A stretch of DNA of 64,000 bases from Escherichia coli. GTDB taxonomy: Bacteria > Pseudomonadota > Gammaproteobacteria > Enterobacterales > Enterobacteriaceae. A program made the translations under genes and the position numbers. Below, in pieces: positions 26,596 to 41,143 of this stretch. Where the stretch lies: NCBI RefSeq assembly GCF_003334335.1, contig NZ_QOWQ01000022.1; one strand, given 5' to 3'. The notes beneath the pieces were generated by a model. That model was not told the origin of the DNA and made no database searches. It worked only from the letters and a program-made list of their open reading frames with translations. Numbering within the stretch: the stretch's first letter is position 1; every line of letters begins with the position of its first letter.

Positions 26596-27163
26596 GGGCA
26601 TTACCTCGCAGAGACAGAAGGTCAGGAACCTGAACATCGCGGCGGTGCAATGCCTGCCAGAAAGTTTCTAGCGCGGTATCAAGACGGGTTTGCAGATTTG
26701 GCGTGAACTGGGGTCTGTGATGGTAATCAATTACTTGTGAGTCATCGGCAAACACGCCGTGCAGGATCTCCTGAGCTTTCAGTGCGCTTAAAACTGGTTT
26801 AAGGGCATAATCGACCGCCAGCAGATGGGCCACGGTACCGCCCGTCGCCAGCGGTAGCACCACTTTGCCTTGCAAAGCGCGTTCTGGCAGCAGGTCGAGC
26901 AGGGTTTTCAACGCACCGGAATAGGCGGCTTTATACACAGGCGTGGCGACAATCAGCCCATCGGCCTGTTGCAGCTGTTCGGTGAAGGTCTTGAGTGCCG
27001 GACTATCGAAACGAGCATAAAGTAGATCTTCCGGGGCGAAGTTTTGCAGATTCCAGTGATAAACCTCTACATCCAGGCCATTTAGTTTTTCCCGCGCATA
27101 TTCCAGCAAGGAGCTGGAGCGAGAAGGAAAGCGAGGACTACCCGCCAGGGTGATGACACGCAT
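26588..27163 (-). CDS. ssuE: NADPH-dependent FMN reductase
   Basis: 191 aa ORF, first gene of ssuEADCB operon. Confidence 0.95.
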   Translation of the reverse strand: MRVITLAGSPRFPSRSSSLLEYAREKLNGLDVEVYHWNLQNFAPEDLLYARFDSPALKTFTEQLQQADGLIVATPVYKAAYSGALKTLLDLLPERALQGKVVLPLATGGTVAHLLAVDYALKPVLSALKAQEILHGVFADDSQVIDYHHRPQFTPNLQTRLDTALETFWQALHRRDVQVPDLLSLRGNAHA

Positions 27164-27518
27164 ACTCTCTCCTTATAACCAATTGTTCTTTTTTTGTTAA
27201 CATTGATAACAATTCGGTCAGTCTGTCGGAGAGACAAGAAAATTCCAAATATAAATTTTGTGTATCTTTTTCTGAAAATAAACTAAAGAAAGGGCTTTAT
27301 ATATCACGCATATTTATTTATTGGATAGTCATTAGATGTTGAATCAATGAATTACTCGTTCAGTTAATATTTAAATATTCATGAAATCTATAAATTAAAG
27401 ATTTGTCACTTATTGGATTTAGTATGCTTGATTTAAATGGCGGACAATTATTGTTATTATTAAGTCTAATGTCATTTAAAGGCATTATCATATTTACGAA
27501 GAGATCAGGATGATAACG

Positions 27519-28058
27519 ATGAAAAAAAGTGTATTGACGGCGTTTATAACTGTGGTATGTGCAACGTCCAGCGTTATGGCTGCTGATGATAATGCTATCA
27601 CGGATGGCTCAGTAACATTTAATGGTAAAGTTATTGCTCCAGCTTGTACCCTGGTAGCTGCGACGAAAGATTCCGTGGTGACTTTGCCAGATGTTAGTGC
27701 CACGAAGTTGCAAACCAATGGTCAGGTTTCTGGCGTGCAAATTGATGTGCCAATTGAATTAAAAGATTGTGATACTACCGTAACAAAAAATGCAACGTTC
27801 ACCTTTAATGGCACTGCGGATACTACTCAGATTACAGCGTTTGCTAACCAGGCCTCATCTGATGCTGCTACAAACGTGGCCCTGCAAATGTATATGAATG
27901 ATGGTACAACGGCCATCACGCCAGACACAGAAACCGGGAACATTTTGTTGCAGGATGGAGATCAGACGTTGACTTTTAAAGTTGATTATATCGCTACGGG
28001 GAAAGCGACTTCAGGTAATGTGAATGCGGTAACAAATTTCCATATTAACTATTATTAA
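27519..28058 (+). CDS. elfA: fimbrial major subunit ElfA (YcbQ)
   Basis: ORF 27510..28058; start at MKKSVLTAF; signal peptide, type 1 pilin-like with C-terminal aromatic residues. Confidence 0.92.
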   Translation: MKKSVLTAFITVVCATSSVMAADDNAITDGSVTFNGKVIAPACTLVAATKDSVVTLPDVSATKLQTNGQVSGVQIDVPIELKDCDTTVTKNATFTFNGTADTTQITAFANQASSDAATNVALQMYMNDGTTAITPDTETGNILLQDGDQTLTFKVDYIATGKATSGNVNAVTNFHINYY

Positions 28059-28140
28059 TAGAACTCATTAATTGTTTTATTAATTAGTACCCCTCCAGTG
28101 TTCTGGAGGGGATATTCATATTTTTTAAGAGTGACTATTT

Positions 28141-28842
28141 ATGAAAACTTGCATAACAAAGGGAATTGTGACCGTAAGTTTAACGGCAATATTACTCAGC
28201 TGCTCATCCGCATGGGCGGCAGGTAAAGGCGGGATTGGACTTGCAGCAACACGTCTTGTTTATTCAGAAGGTGAAGAGCAAATTTCACTGGGTGTACGTA
28301 ACACCAGTCCGGATGTTCCTTATCTTATTCAGTCATGGGTGATGACCCCAGATAATAAAAAATCAGCAGACTTTATTATTACACCACCGCTATTTGTGCT
28401 GAATCCGGCAAATGAGAATCTGTTACGCATTATGTACATTGGAGCGCCGTTGGCGAAAGACAGAGAAACCCTTTTCTTCACTAGCGTACGGGCAGTCCCT
28501 TCAACAACGAAGCGGAAAGAGGGAAATACCCTGAAGATTGCCACACAAAGCGTCATCAAACTTTTCTGGCGACCAAAAGGTTTAGCGTATCCCTTAGGCG
28601 AGGCTCCGGCGAAACTGCGTTGCACTTCGTCAGCTGACATGGTTACGGTCAGTAACCCAACACCTTATTTCATTACCCTGACAGACCTGAAAATAGGTGG
28701 AAAAGTAGTTAAAAATCAAATGATTTCCCCCTTTGATAAATACCAATTTTCTCTGCCAAAGGGGGCCAAAAATAGCAGCGTAACGTATCGAACCATCAAT
28801 GACTACGGGGCGGAAACGCCGCAACTCAACTGTAAATCGTAA
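28141..28842 (+). CDS. elfD: periplasmic fimbrial chaperone ElfD (YcbR)
   Basis: 233 aa ORF with PapD-like chaperone features. Confidence 0.92.
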   Translation: MKTCITKGIVTVSLTAILLSCSSAWAAGKGGIGLAATRLVYSEGEEQISLGVRNTSPDVPYLIQSWVMTPDNKKSADFIITPPLFVLNPANENLLRIMYIGAPLAKDRETLFFTSVRAVPSTTKRKEGNTLKIATQSVIKLFWRPKGLAYPLGEAPAKLRCTSSADMVTVSNPTPYFITLTDLKIGGKVVKNQMISPFDKYQFSLPKGAKNSSVTYRTINDYGAETPQLNCKS

Positions 28843-28866
28843 TTCGTCTTCAGTTAAGAGAGCGAG

Positions 28867-32020
<3,154 letters not shown>

Positions 32021-32031
32021 CGCGTGAACGT

Positions 32032-32574
32032 ATGAAGAAAAAAACGATATTTCAGTGCGTTATCTTGTTCTTTAGCATTCTTAACATCCATGTCGGGATG
32101 GCTGGGCCTGAACAAGTTAGTATGCATATTTATGGGAATGTGGTCGATCAGGGCTGTGATGTCGCCACCAAAAGTGCATTACAAAATATTCGTATTGGTG
32201 ATTTTAATATCAGTGATTTTCAGGCTGCGAATACCGTAAGCACTGCTGCTGATTTGAATATCGATATCACCGGTTGTGCCGCTGGTATTACTGGCGCGGA
32301 CGTCCTTTTTAGCGGCGAGGCTGACACCCTTGCGCCGACACTGCTCAAACTAACTGACACAGGCGGAAGCGGTGGTATGGCAACGGGGATTGCCGTGCAA
32401 ATTCTTGATGCGCAAAGTCAGCAAGAAATCCCGCTCAATCAGGTCCAGCCTCTTACGCCCTTAAAAGCCGGGGATAACACACTCAAATATCAACTTCGTT
32501 ATAAGTCCACAAAGGCGGGAGCAACGGGCGGTAATGCGACGGCGGTTCTCTATTTTGATCTGGTTTACCAGTGA
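32032..32574 (+). CDS. ycbU: fimbrial-like protein YcbU
   Basis: 180 aa ORF with signal peptide and pilin-like C-terminus (LYFDLVYQ). Confidence 0.88.
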   Translation: MKKKTIFQCVILFFSILNIHVGMAGPEQVSMHIYGNVVDQGCDVATKSALQNIRIGDFNISDFQAANTVSTAADLNIDITGCAAGITGADVLFSGEADTLAPTLLKLTDTGGSGGMATGIAVQILDAQSQQEIPLNQVQPLTPLKAGDNTLKYQLRYKSTKAGATGGNATAVLYFDLVYQ

Positions 32575-32581
32575 AGGAGTG

Positions 32582-33097
32582 ATGTTGAAACGGATAATCT
32601 GGATTCTGTTCTTACTGGGATTAACGGGGGGCTGTGAGCTATTTGCCCATGATGGCACGGTCAACATTAGCGGATCGTTTCGCCGTAATACATGCGTGCT
32701 GGCACAGGATAGCAAGCAAATCAATGTGCAGTTAGGCGATGTCTCGCTGACACGTTTTTTTCATGGGAATTATGGCCCGGAGAAATCTTTCATCATTAAT
32801 TTGCAGGATTGCGGAACAGATGTCAGCACGGTTGACGTCACCTTTTCAGGAACCCCCGACGGAGTGCAGAGCGAAATGCTGTCCATTGAAAGTGGTACGG
32901 ATGCAGCCAGCGGGCTGGCAATTGCGATTCTGGATGATGCGAAGATATTGATTCCGCTTAACCAGGCGAGTAAAGACTACAGCCTACATAGCGGTAAGGT
33001 GCCATTAACTTTTTATGCGCAATTGCGACCTGTCAATAGCGATGTGCAGTCGGGTAAAGTGAATGCCAGCGCGACATTTGTACTTCATTATGACTAA
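32582..33097 (+). CDS. ycbV: fimbrial-like protein YcbV
   Basis: ORF 32534..33097; start placed at MLKRIIWILFLLG (171 aa). Confidence 0.85.
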   Translation: MLKRIIWILFLLGLTGGCELFAHDGTVNISGSFRRNTCVLAQDSKQINVQLGDVSLTRFFHGNYGPEKSFIINLQDCGTDVSTVDVTFSGTPDGVQSEMLSIESGTDAASGLAIAILDDAKILIPLNQASKDYSLHSGKVPLTFYAQLRPVNSDVQSGKVNASATFVLHYD

Positions 33098-33800
33098 TAC
33101 GTGGAACAGATTGGCGCTCTTGATTTTCGCCGTTTTATCGCTGCTGGTGGCGGGTGAATTGCGGGCAGGAGTGGTGGTCGGCGGAACGCGATTTATCTTT
33201 CCGGCAGACAGAGAATCGATATCTATTTTACTGACTAATACCAGTCAGGAATCCTGGCTTATTAACAGTAAAATCAACCGCCCAACGCGTTGGGCCGGGG
33301 GGGAAGCGTCGACAGTGCCAGCACCATTACTGGCCGCTCCGCCACTTATTCTCCTGAAGCCCGGTACTACAGGCACGTTGCGCTTGCTGAGAACGGAAAG
33401 CGACATCTTGCCTGTGGATCGCGAAACGCTATTTGAGTTAAGCATTGCCAGCGTGCCATCCGGCAAAGTTGAAAATCAGAGCGTAAAAGTGGCGATGCGC
33501 TCGGTATTTAAACTGTTCTGGCGACCCGAAGGTTTGCCGGGCGACCCGCTGGAAGCTTATCAACAATTACGCTGGACACGGAATTCGCAGGGTGTACAAC
33601 TCACTAACCCAACGCCTTACTACATTAACCTGATTCAGGTGAGCGTAAATGGTAAAGCGTTAAGTAATGCGGGAGTTGTGCCGCCTAAAAGCCAGCGTCA
33701 GACAAGCTGGTGTCAGGCAATCGCACCGTGTCATGTCGCCTGGCGGGCGATAAATGATTACGGCGGGTTGAGTGCAAAGAAGGAGCAAAATCTGCCCTGA
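33090..33800 (+). CDS. ycbF: periplasmic pilus chaperone YcbF
   Basis: ORF 33063..33800; start placed at MTNTWNRLALLIFA; PapD-like chaperone features. Confidence 0.85.
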   Translation: MTNTWNRLALLIFAVLSLLVAGELRAGVVVGGTRFIFPADRESISILLTNTSQESWLINSKINRPTRWAGGEASTVPAPLLAAPPLILLKPGTTGTLRLLRTESDILPVDRETLFELSIASVPSGKVENQSVKVAMRSVFKLFWRPEGLPGDPLEAYQQLRWTRNSQGVQLTNPTPYYINLIQVSVNGKALSNAGVVPPKSQRQTSWCQAIAPCHVAWRAINDYGGLSAKKEQNLP

Positions 33801-33910
33801 AACAGGTTCGGAAAACGTTTGCGTTTTTTTTGCCGCAGGTCAATTCCCTTTTGGTCCGAACTCGCACATAATACGCCCCCGGTTTGCACACCGGGAATCC
33901 AGGAGAGTTC

Positions 33911-34921
33911 ATGTACTACCCCTTCGTTCGTAAAGCCCTTTTCCAGCTCGATCCAGAGCGCGCTCATGAGTTTACTTTTCAGCAATTACGCCGTATTACA
34001 GGAACGCCGTTTGAAGCACTGGTGCGGCAGAAAGTGCCTGCGAAACCTGTTAACTGCATGGGCCTGACGTTTAAAAATCCGCTTGGTCTGGCAGCCGGTC
34101 TTGATAAAGACGGGGAGTGCATTGACGCGTTAGGCGCGATGGGATTTGGATCGATCGAGATCGGTACCGTCACGCCACGTCCACAGCCAGGTAATGACAA
34201 GCCGCGTCTCTTTCGTCTGGTAGATGCCGAAGGTTTGATCAACCGTATGGGCTTTAATAATCTTGGCGTTGATAACCTCGTAGAGAACGTAAAAAAGGCC
34301 CATTATGACGGCGTCCTGGGTATTAACATCGGCAAAAATAAAGATACGCCAGTGGAGCAGGGCAAAGATGACTATCTGATTTGTATGGAAAAAATCTATG
34401 CCTATGCGGGATATATCGCCATCAATATTTCATCGCCGAATACCCCAGGATTACGCACGCTGCAATATGGTGAAGCGCTGGATGATCTCTTAACCGCGAT
34501 TAAAAATAAGCAAAATGATTTGCAAGCGATGCACCATAAATATGTGCCGATCGCAGTGAAGATCGCGCCGGATCTTTCTGAAGAAGAATTGATCCAGGTT
34601 GCCGATAGTTTAGTTCGCCATAATATTGATGGCGTTATTGCAACCAATACCACACTCGATCGTTCTCTTGTTCAGGGAATGAAAAATTGCGATCAAACCG
34701 GTGGCTTAAGTGGTCGTCCGCTTCAGTTAAAAAGCACCGAAATTATTCGCCGCTTGTCACTGGAATTAAACGGTCGCTTACCGATCATCGGTGTTGGCGG
34801 CATCGACTCGGTTATCGCTGCGCGTGAAAAGATTGCTGCGGGTGCCTCACTGGTGCAAATTTATTCTGGTTTTATTTTTAAAGGTCCGCCGCTGATTAAA
34901 GAAATCGTTACCCATATCTAA
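33911..34921 (+). CDS. pyrD: dihydroorotate dehydrogenase (quinone)
   Basis: ORF 33884..34921; start placed at [20 protein letters not shown] (336 aa). Confidence 0.96.
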
Positions 34922-34952
34922 TTATTTCTTCGAATTCCTCTTTATAAGATAA

Positions 34953-34986
34953 TCAGGGCTTTATTTTCAGCCCTGGTTGTTTTATA
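34953..34986 (+). terminator. rho-independent terminator downstream of pyrD
   Basis: CAGGGCT-TTATTTT-CAGCCCTG followed by TTGTTTTATATT. Confidence 0.65.
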
Positions 34987-35094
34987 TTCATCTCTGTTGC
35001 TTATTTAGACATTTTGTACTTTTATTGTTGAGGTTATTAAGCGAAGCGACAATGGATTGTGTTGCTGCGGTTTTATAGGGTAGGGGAGAGGCAG

Positions 35095-35637
35095 ATGCGA
35101 ATTAAACCAGACGATAACTGGCGTTGGTATTACGATGAAGAGCACGATCGAATGATGCTCGATTTAGCCAATGGTATGCTATTTCGCTCACGTTTTGCGC
35201 GCAAGATGTTGACTCCAGATGCCTTTTCTCCCGCAGGCTTTTGCGTTGACGACGCCGCGCTCTATTTCTCTTTTGAAGAAAAGTGCCGCGATTTTAATTT
35301 ATCTAAAGAACAAAAAGCCGAACTGGTGCTGAATGCACTGGTAGCAATTCGCTATCTCAAACCGCAAATGCCGAAAAGCTGGCATTTTGTTTCCCATGGT
35401 GAAATGTGGGTGCCCATGCCGGGCGATGCGGCCTGCGTTTGGTTGAGCGATACTCACGAGCAGGTCAATTTGCTGGTCGTTGAATCTGGCGAAAATGCCG
35501 CACTATGCCTGCTGGCACAACCCTGCGTTGTTATTGAGGGTCGCGCGATGCAGTTGGGCGACGCCATTAAAATCATGAACGACAGGCTGAAACCGCAGGT
35601 TAATGTTGACAGCTTCAGCCTCGAACAGGCAGTCTAA
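35095..35637 (+). CDS. zapC: cell division protein ZapC (YcbW)
   Basis: ORF 35059..35637; start placed at [14 protein letters not shown] (180 aa). Confidence 0.92.
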
Positions 35638-36743
35638 CGCGCCAACTTAAGTGCAGTCTTCGGTACACAGCTACAGCAAAGAATGGTGCCATCATCGCCC
35701 ATTGCTGATTTTTTCAGCGGCGTGACTTCGCCTTCTAAAAGCTGAACACGGCAACTTCCACAAATGCCCGCGCGGCAAGAATAAGGGATACGAATTCCCT
35801 GATTTTCTAATTGCTCCAGCAACACCTGTTGGTTATTTCCACGAAATGCCTGTCCCTGCCAGTCAATATCTACATTTGCGTCCGGTTGTTGCGTGATGTT
35901 GGCGGTATCATCAGCGGCAGCTGCGCCGTAAATTTTTGCCGGAGCCGTTGCCAGAATTTCCACCTCATCGCCAACGCGAATCACGCCGCTATTACGGGCA
36001 ATTAAATTCTGACCAAAATCGACATCGCCGTTATCCTGGGCAGTGCGGAAAGATTGCAATGTTTTTAATGGTTCGCCTGCCGGATGTTTTTGCCCTTTTT
36101 CTGGGCTGACGGTGGTGAAAATACAGCGGCTACAAGGTTTAACCACATCAAACACCACATCACCAATGCGAATCACTTTCCAGCGATCTTCTTCCCAGGC
36201 TGACGCGCCGGAAACCACCAGATTGGGGCGGAATTGCTCCATTTTTACACTGGCCGGACAACGTTGTTGGAGATCACGTAACGAGGCTTCGTTAGCAAGA
36301 AGGTAAGGATAGCCATCAGCAAATGACAGAGGTACAGTGTTGTGGCGTTTCACGCGCCGGGTCATTTGTGGCCCCACCCAGCGTAATTGCACTTCGCGGG
36401 AGAAAAATCCACTTAGCCATTTGTTGATCGCGTCTGGCGCAATTCGCGCGGTAAAATGTGTGCCCCAAACTTCGGTTGGTGCGTCTTGTGTGGCGAAATC
36501 AGCAAAACGAACATATGCGCTACTGCCATCTGGTGCGGTGAGATGCAAGCCATCATGCACAGGTGAAGGAGTAAACCGTACCATCTGGGGAAACTGGCGA
36601 GCGGTAATAAACGTACCGTCAGGTTCCGTGATCATAAAGATGCGATCGAAGGCCAGACCACTGACATCTGCCAGAGCATGTGTAAGACCAATGCCGCGCA
36701 TCGATTTAACAGGATGAATAAAAAGCCGGATTAATGTCGCCAC
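35634..36743 (-). CDS. ycbX: MOSC-domain 2Fe-2S protein YcbX
   Basis: 369 aa ORF with C-terminal ferredoxin-like Cys motif (CxxGxCGxC...C). Confidence 0.9.
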
Positions 36744-36986
36744 GGTGCGGTCCTCAAATGAAAATAAGCCCTCAACTTTATGACATGACGCGCTTATTAG
36801 CTATAATGCGCAACAATTTTCTTAGCGCCTGTCCCATTAGGCTATTTTATTTGTCAGTTTGGCCCTGGGTTATGCTCGAAATCCTCACGTACTTGTGTAC
36901 GCTCCGGTTTCTCCGCGCTGTCCATGTCCAGACTGACTGCAACAATTACGCCTACTGCGGTAGGCTCTTAGAGTAAAAGTGACGAT

Positions 36987-39095
36987 ATGAATTCTCTGTT
37001 TGCCAGTACGGCCCGTGGGCTGGAAGAGCTGTTAAAAACTGAACTGGAAAACCTGGGGGCCGTTGAATGCCAGGTGGTTCAGGGTGGGGTCCATTTCAAG
37101 GGCGACACACGGCTTGTTTACCAGAGCCTGATGTGGAGCCGCCTGGCCTCGCGTATTATGTTGCCGCTGGGCGAGTGTAAGGTTTACAGCGATTTAGACC
37201 TCTATCTCGGTGTTCAGGCGATCAACTGGACAGAGATGTTTAATCCTGGCGCGACCTTCGCTGTCCACTTCAGTGGTTTGAATGACACCATCCGCAACAG
37301 TCAGTACGGCGCGATGAAAGTGAAAGACGCGATCGTCGATGCTTTCACGCGGAAAAATCTGCCGCGTCCAAATGTTGATCGCGATGCGCCGGATATCCGC
37401 GTTAACGTCTGGCTGCATAAAGAAACCGCCAGTATCGCTCTTGATCTGAGTGGTGATGGTTTACATCTGCGTGGCTATCGCGATCGTGCTGGTATTGCGC
37501 CGATCAAAGAAACCCTGGCAGCCGCTATTGTGATGCGATCCGGCTGGCAGCCAGGAACACCGCTGCTCGATCCGATGTGTGGTTCCGGTACGTTGCTGAT
37601 TGAAGCAGCGATGCTGGCGACCGATCGCGCACCTGGCTTGCACCGTGGGCGTTGGGGCTTTAGCGGCTGGGCGCAGCATGATGAAGCTATCTGGCAGGAA
37701 GTGAAAGCGGAAGCGCAAACTCGCGCCCGTAAAGGCCTGGCTGAGTATAGCTCTCATTTTTACGGTTCGGACAGCGACGCACGGGTGATTCAACGTGCGC
37801 GCACTAACGCCCGTCTTGCGGGGATTGGTGAACTGATCACCTTTGAGGTGAAAGATGTCGCGCAACTGACCAATCCGCTGCCGAAAGGGCCGTACGGTAC
37901 AGTGTTGAGCAACCCGCCATACGGTGAACGTCTGGACAGCGAACCGGCGCTGATAGCGCTGCATAGTCTGCTGGGCCGAATCATGAAAAACCAGTTCGGT
38001 GGCTGGAATCTCTCTTTGTTTAGTGCCTCGCCGGATCTGCTCAGCTGCCTGCAGCTGCGTGCAGACAAACAGTACAAGGCGAAAAACGGCCCGCTGGACT
38101 GCGTACAGAAAAATTACCACGTTGCCGAAAGCACTCCAGACAGCAAACCGGCGATGGTAGCGGAAGACTACGCTAACCGCCTGCGTAAGAACCTCAAAAA
38201 ATTCGAGAAGTGGGCTCGCCAGGAAGGGATTGAATGTTACCGCCTGTATGACGCCGATCTGCCGGAATATAACGTTGCCGTTGACCGTTATGCCGACTGG
38301 GTGGTGGTGCAGGAGTATGCGCCGCCAAAAACTATTGATGCGCACAAAGCGCGTCAGCGTCTGTTCGATATTATCGCTGCAACCATTTCGGTACTGGGGA
38401 TTGCGCCAAACAAACTGGTGCTGAAAACCCGTGAACGCCAGAAGGGCAAAAATCAGTACCAGAAACTGGGCGAGAAGGGCGAGTTTCTCGAAGTCACCGA
38501 ATATAACGCTCACTTGTGGGTGAACCTGACGGATTACCTCGATACCGGTCTGTTCCTCGATCACCGTATCGCCCGTCGTATGCTCGGTCAGATGAGCAAA
38601 GGCAAAGATTTCCTCAACCTGTTCTCTTATACCGGCAGCGCCACCGTGCACGCGGGATTAGGCGGTGCACGCAGCACCACCACCGTGGATATGTCGCGTA
38701 CTTATCTGGAGTGGGCAGAACGCAACCTGCGTCTGAATGGCCTGACCGGGCGTGCGCATCGCCTGATTCAGGCCGATTGCCTGGCGTGGCTGCGTGAGGC
38801 AAATGAACAGTTCGATCTGATCTTTATCGATCCGCCAACCTTCTCTAACTCAAAACGAATGGAAGATGCGTTTGATGTTCAGCGCGATCATCTGGCGCTG
38901 ATGAAAGATTTGAAACGTCTGCTGCGTGCTGGTGGGACGATCATGTTCTCGAACAACAAACGTGGCTTCCGTATGGATCTCGACGGCCTGGCAAAACTGG
39001 GACTGAAAGCACAAGAAATTACGCAAAAAACGCTCTCCCAGGATTTCGCCCGTAACCGCCAGATCCACAACTGCTGGCTGATTACCGCAGCCTGA
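36987..39095 (+). CDS. rlmL: bifunctional 23S rRNA methyltransferase RlmKL (m2G2445/m7G2069)
   Basis: 702 aa ORF with THUMP-like N-terminus and two methyltransferase folds ([15 protein letters not shown]). Confidence 0.95.
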   Translation: MNSLFASTARGLEELLKTELENLGAVECQVVQGGVHFKGDTRLVYQSLMWSRLASRIMLPLGECKVYSDLDLYLGVQAINWTEMFNPGATFAVHFSGLNDTIRNSQYGAMKVKDAIVDAFTRKNLPRPNVDRDAPDIRVNVWLHKETASIALDLSGDGLHLRGYRDRAGIAPIKETLAAAIVMRSGWQPGTPLLDPMCGSGTLLIEAAMLATDRAPGLHRGRWGFSGWAQHDEAIWQEVKAEAQTRARKGLAEYSSHFYGSDSDARVIQRARTNARLAGIGELITFEVKDVAQLTNPLPKGPYGTVLSNPPYGERLDSEPALIALHSLLGRIMKNQFGGWNLSLFSASPDLLSCLQLRADKQYKAKNGPLDCVQKNYHVAESTPDSKPAMVAEDYANRLRKNLKKFEKWARQEGIECYRLYDADLPEYNVAVDRYADWVVVQEYAPPKTIDAHKARQRLFDIIAATISVLGIAPNKLVLKTRERQKGKNQYQKLGEKGEFLEVTEYNAHLWVNLTDYLDTGLFLDHRIARRMLGQMSKGKDFLNLFSYTGSATVHAGLGGARSTTTVDMSRTYLEWAERNLRLNGLTGRAHRLIQADCLAWLREANEQFDLIFIDPPTFSNSKRMEDAFDVQRDHLALMKDLKRLLRAGGTIMFSNNKRGFRMDLDGLAKLGLKAQEITQKTLSQDFARNRQIHNCWLITAA

Positions 39096-39106
39096 AAGGA
39101 ATAGTA

Positions 39107-41014
39107 ATGTCATTAATCAGTATGCATGGCGCATGGCTGTCGTTCAGCGACGCGCCGCTTCTCGATAACGCAGAACTGCATATCGAAGATAACGAACGTG
39201 TTTGTCTGGTGGGCCGCAACGGCGCAGGCAAATCGACGTTAATGAAAATCCTCAACCGTGAACAAGGGCTGGATGACGGTCGCATTATTTACGAGCAGGA
39301 TTTGATTGTAGCGCGTCTGCAACAGGATCCGCCGCGTAACGTTGAGGGTAGTGTTTATGATTTCGTTGCCGAAGGCATTGAAGAACAAGCGGAATATCTG
39401 AAACGCTATCACGATATTTCTCGCCTGGTGATGAACGACCCGAGCGAGAAAAATCTCAACGAACTGGCAAAGGTTCAGGAACAGCTGGATCACCACAACC
39501 TGTGGCAGCTGGAAAACCGCATCAACGAAGTGCTGGCGCAACTGGGGTTAGATCCTAACGTTGCGCTGTCGTCGCTTTCCGGCGGCTGGTTGCGTAAAGC
39601 GGCATTAGGACGCGCGCTGGTGAGCAATCCGCGCGTATTGCTGCTGGACGAACCGACTAACCACCTGGATATCGAAACCATCGACTGGCTGGAAGGGTTC
39701 CTCAAAACCTTCAATGGGACGATTATTTTCATCTCCCACGACCGTTCGTTTATCCGCAATATGGCGACGCGCATTGTTGATCTCGATCGCGGCAAGCTGG
39801 TGACCTATCCGGGCAATTACGATCAGTACCTGCTGGAAAAAGAAGAAGCCCTGCGCGTGGAAGAACTACAAAATGCCGAGTTCGATCGCAAACTGGCGCA
39901 GGAAGAAGTGTGGATTCGGCAGGGGATCAAAGCACGCCGTACCCGTAATGAAGGCCGCGTACGCGCCCTGAAAGCGATGCGTCGCGAGCGGGGCGAACGT
40001 CGCGAAGTGATGGGTACCGCAAAGATGCAGGTGGAAGAGGCCAGCCGCTCCGGTAAGATCGTTTTCGAAATGGAAGACGTTTGCTATCAGGTTGACGGTA
40101 AGCAACTGGTGAAAGATTTTTCTGCCCAGGTTCTACGTGGCGACAAAATTGCCCTGATTGGTCCGAATGGGTGCGGCAAAACCACGCTGCTGAAACTGAT
40201 GCTCGGTCAGCTTCAAGCAGACAGCGGGCGTATTCACGTTGGCACCAAACTGGAAGTGGCTTATTTCGATCAGCACCGCGCGGAACTGGATCCCGATAAA
40301 ACGGTGATGGATAACCTTGCCGAAGGTAAGCAAGAGGTGATGGTTAACGGCAAGCCACGCCACGTATTGGGCTATTTGCAGGACTTCCTGTTCCATCCAA
40401 AACGGGCGATGACGCCGGTACGTGCGCTTTCTGGCGGTGAGCGTAACCGTTTGTTGTTGGCGCGTTTGTTCCTCAAACCAAGCAACTTATTGATTCTTGA
40501 CGAACCGACCAACGATCTTGATGTCGAAACGCTGGAACTGCTGGAAGAACTGATCGACAGCTATCAGGGCACGGTATTGCTGGTTAGCCACGATCGTCAG
40601 TTTGTCGATAACACCGTTACAGAATGCTGGATCTTCGAAGGCGGCGGTAAAATTGGTCGTTATGTCGGCGGTTATCATGATGCCCGTGGTCAGCAAGAGC
40701 AGTATGTGGCGCTCAAACAGCCTGCGGTGAAAAAAACCGAAGAAGCCGCCGCGGCAAAAGCAGAAACTGTAAAACGCAGCAGTAGCAAACTAAGCTATAA
40801 ATTGCAGCGCGAACTGGAGCAGCTACCGCAATTGCTCGAAGATCTGGAGGCGAAGCTGGAAGCCCTACAGACGCAGGTGGCGGATGCTTCCTTCTTCAGT
40901 CAGCCACATGAGCAGACACAAAAAGTGCTCGCCGATATGGCTGCTGCAGAGCAGGAGTTGGAGCAAGCCTTTGAACGCTGGGAGTATCTTGAAGCGTTAA
41001 AAAATGGTGGCTGA
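39107..41014 (+). CDS. uup: ABC-F family ATPase Uup
   Basis: 635 aa ORF with two ABC cassettes (GRNGAGKST and GPNGCGKTT) and C-terminal coiled coil. Confidence 0.96.
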   Translation: MSLISMHGAWLSFSDAPLLDNAELHIEDNERVCLVGRNGAGKSTLMKILNREQGLDDGRIIYEQDLIVARLQQDPPRNVEGSVYDFVAEGIEEQAEYLKRYHDISRLVMNDPSEKNLNELAKVQEQLDHHNLWQLENRINEVLAQLGLDPNVALSSLSGGWLRKAALGRALVSNPRVLLLDEPTNHLDIETIDWLEGFLKTFNGTIIFISHDRSFIRNMATRIVDLDRGKLVTYPGNYDQYLLEKEEALRVEELQNAEFDRKLAQEEVWIRQGIKARRTRNEGRVRALKAMRRERGERREVMGTAKMQVEEASRSGKIVFEMEDVCYQVDGKQLVKDFSAQVLRGDKIALIGPNGCGKTTLLKLMLGQLQADSGRIHVGTKLEVAYFDQHRAELDPDKTVMDNLAEGKQEVMVNGKPRHVLGYLQDFLFHPKRAMTPVRALSGGERNRLLLARLFLKPSNLLILDEPTNDLDVETLELLEELIDSYQGTVLLVSHDRQFVDNTVTECWIFEGGGKIGRYVGGYHDARGQQEQYVALKQPAVKKTEEAAAAKAETVKRSSSKLSYKLQRELEQLPQLLEDLEAKLEALQTQVADASFFSQPHEQTQKVLADMAAAEQELEQAFERWEYLEALKNGG

Positions 41015-41143
41015 TCGCAAAATAGTCGATTTAAACAGAGACAGCTGACAACGGTAAAATTGCCTGATGAACTGGGTTTATCAGGCATGAAAAACAACAC
41101 TTTGTTAGTCATCTGTAAAATAGCGCATCATTAAGGAGTACCA

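Noticed and set aside
27164-27518. 355 bp AT-rich region between divergent ssuE and elfA as a possible insertion or small RNA locus
   Set aside because: Its size and position fit the divergent promoter region of the ssu operon and the fimbrial cluster; no hairpin-terminated small transcript was evident.
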